Below are positions 19,242 through 54,600 of a DNA stretch of 64,000 nucleotides, one piece after another. Origin of the DNA: the human T2T-CHM13v2.0 reference genome, Homo sapiens. The notes beneath the pieces were generated by a model. The model saw nothing but the letters and a program-made list of their open reading frames with translations, was not told where the DNA came from and ran no database searches. The DNA lies in the NCBI RefSeq assembly GCF_009914755.1, contig NC_060941.1; one strand, given 5' to 3'. Position numbers and translations under genes: made by a program. The stretch's first letter is position 1; the number at the start of each line of letters is the position of its first letter.

Positions 19242-20163
19242 TAGTAGAGACGGGGTTTCACCATGTTGGTCAGGCTAGTCTCAAACTGCTGACGTCAGGT
19301 GATCCACCCGCCTCGGCCTTCCAAAGTGCTGGGATTACAGGTGTGAGCCACCATGCCCGGCCTGTATGAATTACATCTTAATCTATAAATATTTGAATCT
19401 CCTGTATGTCCAAAAATATCATAAGTCAAAAGACAGGGAAAAATATTGCAGCACATTTGATAGTTCATAAAAGTGAAGAAGGAACTGATGAACAATCCAA
19501 AAATAATACAGGAGGCCAGGAGTGGTGGCTCATGCCTGTAATCCTAGCACTTTGGGAGGCCGAGGTGGGCAGGGAGTTCAAGACCAGCCTGTCCAACATG
19601 GTGAAACCCCGTCTCTACTAAAAATACAAAAATTAACCAGGCATGGTGGTGTAATCCCAGCTCTGGAGGCTGAGGTAGGAAAATTACTTGAACCCAGGAG
19701 GCAGAGGCTGCAGCGAGCCGAGATTGCGCCACTGCTCTCCAGCCTGGGCAACAGAGTGAGACTCTGTGTCAAAAAAAAAAAAAAAAAAAAAAGTAATAGG
19801 GGAAAATAATATAAATAGGCAAGTTAGTGAGAAAAACTTCTAAAATAAATCTCTTGTTATAAACCAAAACTTTTTCAGTTCTAGGAAATCAAATATGAAA
19901 AAGAAAAAAATATATATATACCAAAAGTTTTGAGGGCAGTTAATCTTCAGAATGTGTACTTACTGCTTCTCTTCCTCAGAGCTTCCAGGCTTACTTAGTC
20001 CTGTAATTGCCCGATATCTTTGCCATTTTACAGCCTGGTTTGTTTATTTGTTTTGAGACCAGATCTCACTCTATTGCCTAGGCTGGAGTTCAGTGGCATG
20101 AGCATAGTTCACTGTAGCCTCAAACTCCTGATCTTAAGTGATCCTCCCACCTCAGCCTCCTGA

Positions 20164-20352
<189 letters not shown>

Positions 20353-20696
20353 TAATTAATTGGAACCTTGAGTTAATGAGATGTTGGTATGACTTTGATC
20401 CACATTACAATTTGTCACCTCTTGCTGAGAAGAACTGTTCCATATCACTGAACTCTGGCAATCTGCCTTCACAAACGTGTGCCATTATTCACAGGAAACC
20501 AGAGAGAAATGGTGCAGCTGGCTCATTGTAAACTGTTGAGAAAATCTGAAGCACAATATCCAACTGATATTGTCAGTAAAATCATCTTCAAAATAAAAGG
20601 TATCATATTGGAGTGACTTTTTCCCTCAATGTGCACATCCAATTTTCATTAGTTTAGTAAACACATATGGAATGTCTAATGTGTACAAAACTTTGA

Positions 20697-21050
<354 letters not shown>

Positions 21051-21422
21051 TAGAATAAGAGCTTAATGGCCTAAGGACAGTTTCTAACTTGTCATCTTAT
21101 ATTTAGTTACTAACCTACTATTAATCCATAAGTTATACTGAAAGTAGCTGTGTAAGAACTAATATTTATATAGTGAATTATTCCTTCAAGCAACATTAAG
21201 TGTCTTCTGTGTACCAGGCACTGTCCTAGAGGTTGAAGATTTTATAAAGTATAAGATGCAGTCCCTACTTGCAAGGGATTGATGGGCAATTACACTTTGC
21301 AAGGCATTATATATATTACCTTACTTTATTCTTCATTCTAGGCATTAAGAGATAGAGCAGGCTGGACACTGTGGCTCACGCCTGTAATCCCAGCACTTTG
21401 GGAGGCCGAGGTGGGCAGATTA

Positions 21423-21698
<276 letters not shown>

Positions 21699-22455
21699 TC
21701 AAGGTTGATCATCAAATAAATCACAGAGTGGAGTTTTCTGATGACATAGCTCATGATATATACAACAAGGATTAATATTTTGTACCTAAATTTAGAGAGA
21801 GCCTGGAGCTCTGATTTCTTTCTCTATATCTCCTTCCCTTTTTATGCTAGACATAAGGAAAATTTTATTCTGATAGTTAAGTACATTTGTACTTGATATT
21901 TTTGAGAACTGGTGGTGTTCTGGCTATTTCTCTCTTGAGACTACTTAGGCAACAATCTTAAAAAGATTTTAAATGATATCATAAAACTCCAAAGTATTTT
22001 TGTTGAAATTTCTGTGTCACAAAACTGAAGTACGCATTATTCAGTAGAGCAGAGATTTCTTACATTTTTCTGTTTGTCTAAAATATGTAGAGCAGGTATA
22101 TAAATTCCACTTTCCTTTGGGTACTGCAGTGACGTACAGAAAGACCTTTTATTACACCGAGCTTCTGGAGCGCCGGAAACTCATCTTATCCACCTCTATT
22201 TCCATCTTTCCCAACCTGGCAAAATGCATATGAGGCACATGGCAGATGCTCATTAAAACTTGAAGTGGAAAAGAGCAAGAAAAGAGAAACTGAGTTATGG
22301 AAAGTCTCTTTTTGGGTGGACAACAACAACAGAATTCTTCAGGGTTAATATTTCAGATAATTTAATTAGTCCCATATTTGCAATTAGAAGAAATAGCTAA
22401 GAAATCTATGAACTTCCTTCAGTGTTTAGTGGGTGAAAAGAAAATAGCCTCCTTT

Positions 22456-22690
22456 GATCGAGACCATCCTGGCTAACACGGTGAAACCCCGTCTCTACTA
22501 AAAATACAAAAAATTAGCCGGGCGAGCTGGTGGGCGCCTGTAGTCCCAGCTACGCGGGAGGCTGAGGCAGGAGAATGGCGTGAACCCCGGGGGGCGGAGC
22601 TTGCAGTGAGCCGAGATCGCGCCACTACACTCCAGCCTGGGTGAAAGAGTGAGACTCCGTCTCAAAAAAAAAAAAAAAGAAAAAGAAAAA
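22456..22690 (+). mobile_element. 5'-truncated AluY (AluYe-like) with a long TSD
   Basis: gggcgag and gaaccccggggggcgg variants; TSD aaagaaaatagc(c/t)tcctttga on both sides. Confidence 0.75.
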
Positions 22691-22732
22691 GAAAATAGCT
22701 TCCTTTGAGTAAGAGCACTCTGGTTTTTATTG

Positions 22733-22763
22733 TGGTTTGGTTTGGTTTGGTTTGGTTTGGTTT
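22733..22763. repeat. (GGTTT)n microsatellite
   Basis: Directly visible tandem pentamer. Confidence 0.9.
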
Positions 22764-23032
22764 ATTTTCTTCTCATATAATCAGCAGTCTTTGGGCCAGG
22801 CACGGTGGGTCACGCCTGTAATCCCAGCACTTTGGGAGGCCAAGGCGGGAGAATCACCTAAAGTCAGGAGTTTGAGACCAGCCTGACCAAATTAATGAAA
22901 CCCCTGTCTCTACTAAAAATACAAAAAATAGCCAGGTGTGGTGGTGGGCACCTGTAGTTCCAGCTAGTCCGGAGGTTGAGGCATGAGGATTGCTTGAACC
23001 CAGGAGGCGGAGGTTGCAGTAAGCCAGGATCA

Positions 23033-23215
<183 letters not shown>

Positions 23216-23500
23216 CTAAAATATCTATATATTTTAGTGTTTACAATGTGCTAGGTTCTATGGATAAAGTAGTGAAAAAGGCAGACAAGGTTCCTGTTCT
23301 GAAAGTCCATTCTGAAATTTTAATCCAACTTGTGTGCAGGTTGACTAAACCACCATTGTATTTTATCTGACTCAGCACGCTTTTTTTTTTTCGAGACGGA
23401 GACTCACTTTATTGCACAGGCTGGAGTGCAGTGGCATGATCTCGGCTCACTGCAACCTCTGCTTCCCAGCTTCAAGCGATTCTCATGCTCAGCCTCCTAA

Positions 23501-23746
<246 letters not shown>

Positions 23747-24119
23747 TAAACGGATTAGTACTCCTTTCTTTTTTGGAAAAGCAATCATTCTCCTTTCTCT
23801 TGCCTGGAAAGAATAAATGCCAAGTGCTGAAGGTAAAAACTATACACAGGCAACATTAACCATTTAGTCTCTGTGCTTTTCCATTTCCAGGATGTGTACT
23901 TAACTGCATTTTGGAAATATAAGTTCTTTCAACTGTTATTTCCGCCTTTTATACATCAGTGTAGTATTTATAATATTGAGATGGAAATATTAGAGAGGAG
24001 GTCCCATTATGTTGCCTAGGCTTGCCTCGAACTCCAGAGCTCAAGCTATCCTCCCACCTCGGCCTCCCAAAGTGTTGGGATTATAGGCGTGAGCCACTGA
24101 GCCGAGCCTTGAGCTGGGA

Positions 24120-24407
24120 ATTGGCTTTTTCTGTAAAGGGCTAGACAGCAAATGTATCAGGTCTTGCAGGCTATAGGGTCTTTGTCACAACTACTGAACT
24201 CTGCTGTTACAGTACAAGAGCAACCATAGATCTTGCCTAAATAGATAAGTGGGGCTGTGTTCCAATATATATTTGCATTTCATGTACTTTTCATGTGTCA
24301 CAAAATATTATTCTTCTTTTGATTTTTTCTAACCATCTAAAAAATATAACATCCATTCTTACAAACAGGTTGGATTTGGCCTGTGAACCATAGTTTGACA
24401 GTCCCTG
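24120..24407 (+). mobile_element. MER58-type hAT DNA transposon fossil
   Basis: ttttctgtaaagggctagacagcaaat...ggctgtgttccaata...ggatttggcctgtgaaccatagtttgacagtccctg. Confidence 0.8.
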
Positions 24408-25954
24408 CTACAAAGGACTGGTTAGTTCAGTTAATCAGGATCTGGTGATGAGGCCAAGGCTGTGGATTTAATCCTCATGTGAATGATCAAATTACCTTTG
24501 CACTGGTGAACATGTTGCAATCTCAAATTCCGCCCTCATTTCTTGCCGGTAACTTGAAGATGTGGGCCATTATTGTCACCAGAAGAAGCCAATAAAAGAT
24601 GCCATTTCCTCATGCTTCCATTTCTAATATAGCTTACTGATGATTATCCACATTCAGTCACTGGAAAGTTTTTTTGTTTGTTATGTTTTTGTTTTTGTTT
24701 TTTTTTAGACAGCCTTGCTCTGTTGCTCGGGCTGGAGTGCAGTGGTGCAATCTTGGCTCACTGCAACCTCCACCTCTGGAGTTCAAGCGATTTCTGGATA
24801 ATTTTTTTGGCATTTTTGGTAGAGACGGGGTTTCACCATGTTGGCCAGGCTGGTTTCGAACTCCTGACCTCAAGTGATTCGCTCGCCTCAGCCTCCCAAA
24901 GTGCTAGGATTACAGGCGTGAGCCACCACACCCCGCCACTGGAAAGTTTTTGAATTCTACTTTTTCAGAGTAGAGTAACACAAATTGTAACATGCTCCTC
25001 ATCCCCATAATTAGAGCAGCTATAGGAAAACTGACTCATAAGCCTTTCAGATAATTATCCAAGAAAGTAAAACAGTAAATTTGTTGTGCAAATTTAATAT
25101 TCATCTTGAACGTTTTATTGACCAAGATCATATCATTCTGTGAATGCCCTAAGCAATTCCGGTAGCCTTGCTCTGGGAGCAAGAGGAGTACTTTTGTTTC
25201 CTGTCTGGATTATTTCTGAGCGCTTTTGAAAGACCCGGAGCTCTATTTACCTTAACTAAGAATTGCAAGATAGCTTTGTGCTGTTTTCATGTGAGAAGGT
25301 TTTAGCTTTTCTGCCCTAGATTCTCTTGCTTCTTTCACACCTCTTAATTACCTGCTTTTGAAATGGCTTTGTTTTTGAGGTAAGTAACTGGCCATAGGAG
25401 ATTTGTGAAATGTGTAGAGCCCTTGGGGGAGATTTGTAAACACAGCCACTCTTTGTCACTTATCATTGTAAACTGGCATTCCTCCAGTAGAAATGACTTT
25501 TTGGTTACAGGTAGAAGTAGGTTAAAGGTTGGCAAAGCCTTGTCACATGGAATAGTTGCTAAACTGGATGTTACAGAATTGAGGTTTGGAGGAGTGATTC
25601 CTGCTTGTTTCTCTGTGTTATCAATAGTAACAAAAAGTTTGTACGGAAGACCTGGGTTCAAAAAAAGAAATAAAAATTTAAAAAGGCCAAGCATGTTGGC
25701 TCACATCTGTAATCCCAGCACTTTGGGAGGCCAAGGCAGGAGAATTGCTTGAGGCCAGGAGTTCAAGGCCACCCTGACCGATATAGTGAGACCCCATCTC
25801 TAAAAATAAATAAGTAAATAAATAAATAAAATATCAAAATAAGGCCAGGCACTGTCGCTCACGCCTGTAATCCCAGCACTTTAGGAAGCTGAGTGGGGTG
25901 TGGGGGGTGGGGGGTGGATCATTTGAGGTCAGGAGTTCGAGACCAGCCTGGTCA

Positions 25955-26532
<578 letters not shown>

Positions 26533-26636
26533 TGAGCCACCGCGCCCGGCCGATACTCCCTTTTTCTTATACCTCAGTCCCATCAAAGAACCTTGTCAGC
26601 TCTACCTTCAAAATGTATCCAGAATCCAATCCCTTC

Positions 26637-27116
26637 TGAGGAGAGCAAAGATCACCTGATGATCAAGCAGGCACTGGGGACAAAAATTCCTTACCTGGAG
26701 AATTTAGAAGTAATTAAACTTCCTTTGTATCTAAAGTCTGCATCTGGTTCCAGGTCTCTTTCAAAACAATTTCTAAGTAGCTAGAATTTCTATACATCTC
26801 AGGAATGTCATATGGAAAATCATTATGCAATCCTTGCTGACATTAAGGCACCAAAATAGCTACAAACGTAATCATTTATCATGGCCTACTAATATGGTCC
26901 AAATTACCCTCAAGCTTCTGCCTTAAGGTCCATAAATATTTCTAAGGAAAATCCAAGTCCTTTCTTGCTGAGGCACCTCGTTGGCTTCTTCTGCAATGTT
27001 CTTTGTTTCTAATACAACTTTCCTTTATCAAACCTGTACTGTTGTCAGTCAATTCTTCTTACCAGACAGCGGGTTGACCACTTTTCGATGCCGGGGCTCT
27101 AACACCTCGCCCAGCA
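26637..27116 (+). mobile_element. ERV1-class solo LTR (MER67-like) inserted in an L2
   Basis: TG...CA termini with TSD CCTTC at 26632-26636 and 27117-27121; flanks are L2-like (tcagctctaccttcaaaatgtatccagaatc). Subfamily uncertain. Confidence 0.7.
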
Positions 27117-27124
27117 CCTTCTTA

Positions 27125-27376
<252 letters not shown>

Positions 27377-27499
27377 TCACTTGAACCCGGGAGGCGGAGG
27401 CTGCAGTGAACCAAGATTGGGCCATCGTACTATAGCCTGGGCAACAAGAACGAAACTCTGTCTCAAAAAAAAAAAAAAAGAAAGAAAGAAAACAAAGGT

Positions 27500-27757
27500 A
27501 CTCATCTGAAATAGCCCTTTATACCTTCTCATTATCTCTCACCCTTATCCGGTTTCATTTTTATCCATAGCACATATCACTAGCTGACATTTTTTTTATA
27601 TATTGATATATTTGCTAGTTTTTTATCTGTCTCTTCCCACCAGGATATAAGTCCATAACCATAAGGAATTTGTTTTGGCTACTGCCTTATCTCAGAGCTT
27701 AGAACAATGCTTGGCACATAGAAGGTCTCAATAAATATTTGTTAAATAAATGAATTG
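27500..27757 (+). mobile_element. L2 3' end
   Basis: agaacaatgcttggcacatagaaggtctcaataaatatttgttaaataaatgaat, the L2 terminus. Confidence 0.75.
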
Positions 27758-28213
27758 TTATATTGCAGCTTCAGCTGTGGATCCACTTACAAATTAGTTT
27801 TTGTCTGGACATGAAATACTCCCCTTTCCTGATAATAAGCACTATGACTAATTTAAAAGTTGATCACAGATTGCAAAATGGGTTTGGGGACAATGATATC
27901 AATCCATGTGTTGCAGGCACTGAGATTTTATTGGTTGACTTCTAAGCCCAAAGCTAAGAAGGCAGTAGAGTGGAGGAAGAGGAAAATGAATAAGCCATGG
28001 TCTTCCTAAGCTAAACTGCTTGTGCTATAGTCAAGGACTTTGACCCTGGAATCAGACAGAATTAGGAAAGCAAATCTTAAGAAATGTGATAGTGCTGGGC
28101 ACAGTGGCTCATACCTGTAATCCCAGCACTTTGGGAGGCCAAGGCGGACAGGTCACCTGAGGTCAGGGGTTCGAGACCAGCCTGACCAACATGGAGAAAC
28201 TCCGTCTCTACTA

Positions 28214-28372
<159 letters not shown>

Positions 28373-28554
28373 TCAAAACAAAGTGAAACAAATCAAAACA
28401 AAAAAAAAATGTGATATTTACAGGGTGACATATGCAGGTAGAGGAAATGGTCCCTCCGGATCTAAAATGCTCTTTTTGATTTGAAAGATAAAATACAAGG
28501 AGAGGATAAGGAATATACAACAAAAATAAATTTGTCTTAAGGTGGAATTTATTT

Positions 28555-29340
28555 TATTTATGTGTTTAATTGACAATAATTGTACATATTCATGCAGCAC
28601 ATAGTAATGTTACCTTTTTTTCCTTTTTAAAACATTGTTTTCTATCACTTGTGTTTCACACAGGACATAATGATGTTTCAATACATATAATGTATAGCGA
28701 TCAGGTGAGGATATTAGCATATCCATCATCTCAAACAGTTATCCTTTCTTTGTGTTGAGAATGCTCAATATCCTTTTTTGTGAGACATGGTCTTGCTTTG
28801 TCACCCAGGCTGCAGTGCAGTAGCATAATTATAGCTAACTGCAGTCTTGACCTCCCAGGCTCAAGCGATCCTCCCGCCTCAGCCTCTCGGACCACAGGTG
28901 TGTGCCACCGTGCCCGGCTAATTTTTTTTTATCTTTTTCTTTTTCTTTTCTTCCCTCCCCTACCTTCCTCTCCCTTCCCCCTCCCTGTCTCCCTCCCTCC
29001 CTCCTTCGTTTCCTTCTCTTCTCTTCCCTTCTCTTCTCTTCTATTCTTCTCTTTACTTTTCTTCTCACTATGTTGCCCAGGCCGGTCAATATCCTTCTCC
29101 TAACTACTTGAAACTACATGTTACTGTTAACTATAGTCATCCTATAGTGGTACACTAGAAGTTGTTCCTCCTATCTAGCTTTCTATCGCTTCCTTCCTCC
29201 TACCTTTCCTGGCCTATAGCATCCTCTGTTCTACTTTTTACGTCTATGAGATCACCTTTTTTTTTTTTTAGCTTCCACATATGAGTGAGATCACGCGTTG
29301 TTTAACTTTCTGTTCCTGTTTATTCCTTAACATAATGTTT
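28555..29340 (-). mobile_element. L1MA-type 3' end (antisense), interrupted by an Alu and a pyrimidine tract
   Basis: gcatatccatcatctcaaaca...ctttgtgttgagaa; ttagcttccacatatgagtgaga. Confidence 0.75.
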
Positions 29341-29953
29341 GAGGGGGAATTTAAATGCAAGAATGTAGATGTGAAAAATGAAATGGGTAGGTACAGCCAA
29401 CAGTACAGAAAATAGTATGGAGGTTCCTAAAAAAATTAAAAATAGAATACCTTATGATCCAGCAATCCCACTTCTGGGTATATATATCCAAAGGACATGA
29501 AATCAGCATGTCAAAGAGATAGCTACACTCCCATGTTCATTGCAGCACTATCACAATAGCCAAGATATGGAAACAACCTAGATGTCCATCAACAGACAAA
29601 TTGATAAAGAAAATGTGGTATACATATACAGTGGAATATTATGGAGCCTTTAAAAAGAAGGAAACCGCCTGGGCACGGTGGCTCACGCCTGTAATCCCAG
29701 CACTTTGGGAGGCCGAGATGGGCGGATCGCGAGGTCAGGAGATCGAGACCGTCCTGGCTAACACAGTGAAACCCCGTCTCCACTAAAACTACAAAAAGAA
29801 ATTAGCCAGGTGTGGTGGCAGGCGCCTGTAGTTCCAGCTACTCGGGAGGCTGAGGCAAAAGAATGGCGTGAACCCAGGAGGCGGAGCTTGCAGTGAGTGA
29901 GCCGAGATCGCGCCACTGCACCCCAGCCTGGGCAACAGAGCAAGTCTCCGTCT

Positions 29954-29986
<33 letters not shown>

Positions 29987-30376
29987 AGGAAACCCTGCCA
30001 TTTGTGACAACATGGTTGAATCTGGAGAACATCATACTAAGTGAAATAAGCCAGACATAGAAGGACAAATACTGTATGATCTTACTTATATGTGGATCTA
30101 AAGCAGTCTAAATCACCTAAGACAAACTAACTTGCCTCTGTAACCCTTTGAAAGCAGGGTATCGCACATGAATACTTCCAAACGCAAAATCAATTCTGTG
30201 AGTTTCCGTAGTTCACCATTCATCAGGTACTGCTTTTTGCGAGTACAAACATATTTTTCTGCCGGGCACAGTGGCTCATGCCTGTAATCCCAGCACTTTG
30301 GGAGCTGAGGCGGGTGGATCATGAGGTCAGGAGATCGAGACCATCCTGCCTAACACGGTGAAACCCGTCTCTATTA

Positions 30377-30544
<168 letters not shown>

Positions 30545-30554
30545 TTACCTACTA

Positions 30555-30601
30555 TAAAATAAAATAAAATAAAATAAAATAAAATAAAATAAAATAAAAT
30601 A
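30555..30601. repeat. (AAAAT)n microsatellite
   Basis: Directly visible. Confidence 0.9.
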
Positions 30602-30740
30602 GCCAGGTGTGGTGGGATGCACCTATAGTCCCAGCTACTCCAGTGGCTGAGGCAAGAGAATCCCTTGTTTCCAAGAGTACGAGTCCAACGTGGGCAACAT
30701 AGTGAGACTTTGTGTCTAAAACAATTAAAAATAAAATTAA
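30601..30740 (+). mobile_element. FLAM (free left Alu monomer)
   Basis: gccaggtgtggtgg..cctatagtcccagctact..gagtacgagtccaacgtgggcaacatagtgagac followed by an A-rich tail. Confidence 0.7.
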
Positions 30741-31234
30741 ATAGTCAAAATAATAGTAGAAGAGAGTGGAATGGTGGTTGCCAGGGGCTGCAAGGAGGGG
30801 AAATTGAGGAGACGTTGGTCAAAGGATACAAAATTTCAGTTATGCAAGATGAATAAGTTCTGGAAGTCTAATATATAGCCACATGACTCTAGTTAACAAT
30901 ACTGCACTGTATACTTGCAATTTGCTAAAAGGATAGATCTTAAGTATTCTCACCACAAAAGAAAAAAGAAATGGTAACTATGAGAGGTGATAGATCCATT
31001 AATTAGCTTAATTATGGTGATTATTTGGATATCCATATATCAAAACATCAAGTTGTACACCTTAAACATATGTAATTTTTGTCAGTTATGCCTCAGTAAA
31101 GATGGGGAAAGTGAAATGGGTGGAGGATTTTGAGAAGTACAGGAGCATGAAACAGTGATAAATAAAAATGCAAACTTCTCCACTATAAACCTAATCAGGA
31201 TAGGAGTTTGGTGTGGTTGAAAACAATGTTTATG

Positions 31235-32482
<1,248 letters not shown>

Positions 32483-32679
32483 ATAATGTCTATTGAATAC
32501 CTACTATGTATTTGGCATTTAACAGGTTTTTCTTATTTAATCCTCATAACAGGTAGTTAGATAGGTATTATTGGCCTCATTATTTTATTATAGGTCAATA
32601 AAGTGAGGCTCAAAGGGCTATAAAATGTATTCACAGATGACAGATGAGTGGAAGACCTGGAATTCCTACCCAGATCTGA

Positions 32680-33051
<372 letters not shown>

Positions 33052-33562
33052 TGAACCATCGTGCCTGGCCCATCCCAATGTATTTTATTACTTTATGACT
33101 TATTTGAACCTTCCTTCAGGCTAAGGTTCAAATGGCAGATTAAGCTCTCAGGCATGCAGTGCCTTTCACAATCTGACTCCCATCACCTTTCCAGCCTCTT
33201 CTCTTCCCACTCCAAGCCATCCTTGGTGTCACAGCAATGAAACAAATTCCGATTAGAACTCCTGCTTCAAAACCTTTGCTCATTCTGTTATTTTTGTGAT
33301 AAAGTTCAAACTCCTTAACATGTTACCTACCTTTCCTAACGACCTACCTTTCCAGAATCCACCCCCATTCCAAATACCCTGAACTTCAGCTGCATCAAAC
33401 AAACGCACCATTCTCTGTGCTATTCAACACCTCCCAATCAATCCCCATGTGTTCTACCTCAGCCCTCAGAAAGAAATGTCCCAACTTCCCCTATCTCTAC
33501 ACAAGTTCTTTCTGCTCCATAGAATGCACTTTCCCCTTTGCTTGGTGAAAATTTTTTTTTAA

Positions 33563-34108
<546 letters not shown>

Positions 34109-34562
34109 TAGCTGGGATTACAGGCATGCACCACTACGCCCGGCTAATTTATTGTATTTTTAGTAGAGACAGGGTTTCTCCATGTTGGTTGGGCTGGTCT
34201 CGAACTTCCGACCTCAGGTGATCTGCCCGCCTTGGCCTCCCAAAGTGCTGGGATTATAAGCGTGAGCCACTGCGCCCAGCCTTATTTTTCCAAGAGTCCA
34301 TCAGCTCCCCAAGGATAAAGAAATGGACACATTCATTCAGGTGTCATTAGAACCTGGCATACAACATATGCGCAATAGATGTCATGATGAGTGAATTAAT
34401 TAACAATTCTTCTTTGAGTCTAGTATACCCCTCATTTTTAACATTAATTTGTAACCCAAAGGCCTCATAATAACCAGTGAAAATTTCATAAGAAAACTTT
34501 TCTCTGCACTCTTTCTACCAAGGCAACAAAAAGAAAAATATCACACACAAAGAAATACTTGA

Positions 34563-38735
<4,173 letters not shown>

Positions 38736-38744
38736 GGAGAGGCG

Positions 38745-38895
38745 CCACCTTTACAAATTTATGACCTGCTTTTAGACAAATACGGGGATGGCAGAGAGTT
38801 TTCCTTGTATTTGCTTCTTCTCAATTGTCTTCAGCTCAACATAGTTAATATGCTGAAATGGCATATTTTGGTGTGACATATTCTGCTACCCTTCC
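38745..38895 (-). mobile_element. ERV1-class LTR fragment (MER4-group-like)
   Basis: aattgtcttcagctcaac...ggcatattttggtgtgacatattctgctacccttc. Confidence 0.5.
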
Positions 38896-39009
38896 AGCTG
38901 TATTTTTTTTTTTAAGAATTCATCCTTCACAAAATAAGGTCTTTTCCTCCTTCACATTATAATGTATCCCTTTGAACATTATCTGTAACTTTTATAAAGC
39001 TGTTAATCA

Positions 39010-39226
39010 CAGAGTTTCTAAACCTCAGCACTATTGACATTTTGGCTCAGATAATTTTTTGTTGTTTGTGTCTTAATCACTGTATGTTTAGCAGGATCTC
39101 CGTCTCCACTTGCTAGGTGCCAATAACATCGCTTTCCAAAAGTTGTGGCAACCAAAAATTTCTCCCCATATTGTCAAATGCTCCCTGGGGCTGGCGGGCA
39201 AAATTGCCCTTGATTGAGAACCACTG
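39010..39226 (+). mobile_element. MER20 hAT DNA transposon fossil
   Basis: cagagtttctaaacctcagcactattgacattttgg...gttgtggcaaccaaaaatttctcc...ttgagaaccactg. Confidence 0.88.
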
Positions 39227-39399
39227 CGTTAAAGGAAAGTCAATGGCATAAAATGAGAGCGTGTAGCTGGCTAGTTATGCCCTTATTTTACCACGAGAGG
39301 TCTCCCTAGACCCCATTATAGTTCTAATCTGGACAATACAGGGCTAAGGGCGCCACCAAATAGATTGTTATGACTTGGTGGATGGTGACAGTAGGTTTA

Positions 39400-40395
39400 C
39401 ACACTAAAGCAGTTGATCAATCTCCCATGCAGAAGAATTCCAAATAAATTATGTAACTACTCTACTGCAAAGGAGGGGACTATAACTCCTCACTCCTTAA
39501 GTGTAAGCTCTGCATGGTGACTTCTGTCCAAAGAGTATGACAAGGACTGGGAGGAGTCACTACAGTGGGGGAACCTGACAATCAGCCAGGTGATCCAGGA
39601 GAACATCAACACTGATAAATCATATTGATAGTATGTACCCTTGATATGATGTCATGAAAATGGCACTTTACCTCTGTGTCATCCCCCCAAAACACACATG
39701 ACCCCAGTCTAGTCATGAGAAAAGCATCAGACAAATCTTAATAGAGGGGTGGCCTGCAATATACCTGATGAGAACTTCTCAACACTGTCAAGACCATCAA
39801 AACTGGCTGGGCGCAGTGGCTCACGCCTGTAATCCCAGCACTGTGGGAGGCCGAGGCAGATGGATCACCTGAGGTCAGGCATTCAAGACCAGCCTGGCCA
39901 ACACAGTGAAACCCAATCTCTACTAAAAATACAAAAATTAGCTGGGTGTGGCAGCGAGTGCCTTGTGGTCCCAGCTACTCAAGAGGTTGAGGCAGGAGAA
40001 TCGCTTGAACCCAGGAAGCGGAGGTTGCCTTGAGCTGAGATCATGCGACTGCACTCCAGCCTGGGCGACAGAGCGAGCCTCTGTCTCGGAAAAAAAAAAA
40101 AAAAGAAAAAAGAAAACAGCATCAAAACCAAGGAATGTCTGAGAAACTATGACAACCAAGAGAAGCCCAAGGAGACATGGCAACTAAATGTAAAGTCGTC
40201 TCCTGGCTGGGATACTGGAGCAGAAAAAAGGACATCAGGTAAAAACTAAAGAAATCTGCATAATTATAGCAAATGTGCTACACTAATATGCAATATTAAT
40301 AATACAGGAAACTATGTCAAGGGCAGGGTTATATGAGGACTCTATATGCTGTTCAGCTTTTCAGTAAATCTAAAACCACTCTAAAATTTGTCTAT
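39400..40395 (+). mobile_element. L1MC/L1MD-type 3'UTR fragment with an inserted Alu (39805-40115)
   Basis: gatagtatgtacccttgatatgatg..aaatggcactttacctctgtg..gaaaagcatcagacaaa; ggagacatggcaactaaatg..gtaaatctaaaaccactctaaaa. Confidence 0.75.
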
Positions 40396-40399
40396 TAAT

Positions 40400-46600
<6,201 letters not shown>

Positions 46601-46686
46601 CCATCACTTTTTTCAGACCAAGGGTCTCCAAATTTTTTTGATTGTGTGTTCCTAATGGTAAAAAATTATAAATCTACCTTTCAAAT

Positions 46687-47198
46687 TATGATGGTTAATA
46701 GTGAGTGCCAACTTGATTGGACTGAAGGATGCAAAGTATTGTTCCTGGGTGTGTCTGTGAGGGTGTTGCCAAAAGAAATTAACATCTGAGTCAGTGGACT
46801 GGGAAAGGCAGACCCACCCTCAGTCTGGGTGGGTACCATCTAATCACCTGCCAGTGTGGCCAGAATAAAAGCAGGCAGAAGAATGCGAAAAGGCTAGACT
46901 GGCTTAGCCTCCCGGCCTCCATCTTTCTCCCGTGCTGGATGCTTCCTGCCCTTGAAATCAGACTCCAAGTTCTTCAGCTTTGGGACTCTTGGACCTTCAA
47001 CCACAGACTGAAGGCTGCACTGTTGGCTTTCTGCTTTTGAGGTTTTGGGACTCGGACTGGCTTCCTTGCTCCTCAGCTTGCAGACAGCCTATTGTGGAAC
47101 GTCATCTTGTGATCGTGTGAGTGAATACTCCTTAATAAATTCCCCTTCATATATACATCTATCCTATTCGTTCTGTCCCTTTAGAGAACCCTAACACA
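46687..47198 (+). mobile_element. MLT2A (HERV-L) solo LTR
   Basis: tatgatggttaatagtgagtgccaacttgattggactgaaggatgcaaagtattg...aataaattccccttcatatatacatctatcctattcgttctgtccctttagagaaccctaacaca. Confidence 0.9.
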
Positions 47199-47339
47199 TT
47201 AGTCATCTGTGGATAATTTAGCGCTCTCTCTCTTTTTTTTTTTTTTGGTATTATCATCTTGTCGAATCTGAATTGCTTTTATAATGTAATGTGTCTGACA
47301 GACAGGCTGACAGATGTATTAAGGGTAAGTAAAGTGTCA

Positions 47340-54600
<7,261 letters not shown>

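Noticed and set aside
39291-39304. CTCF-like motif ccacgagaggtctc (also ccactaggtgctct near 63162)
   Set aside because: Mismatches at core positions; cannot be supported without ChIP data.
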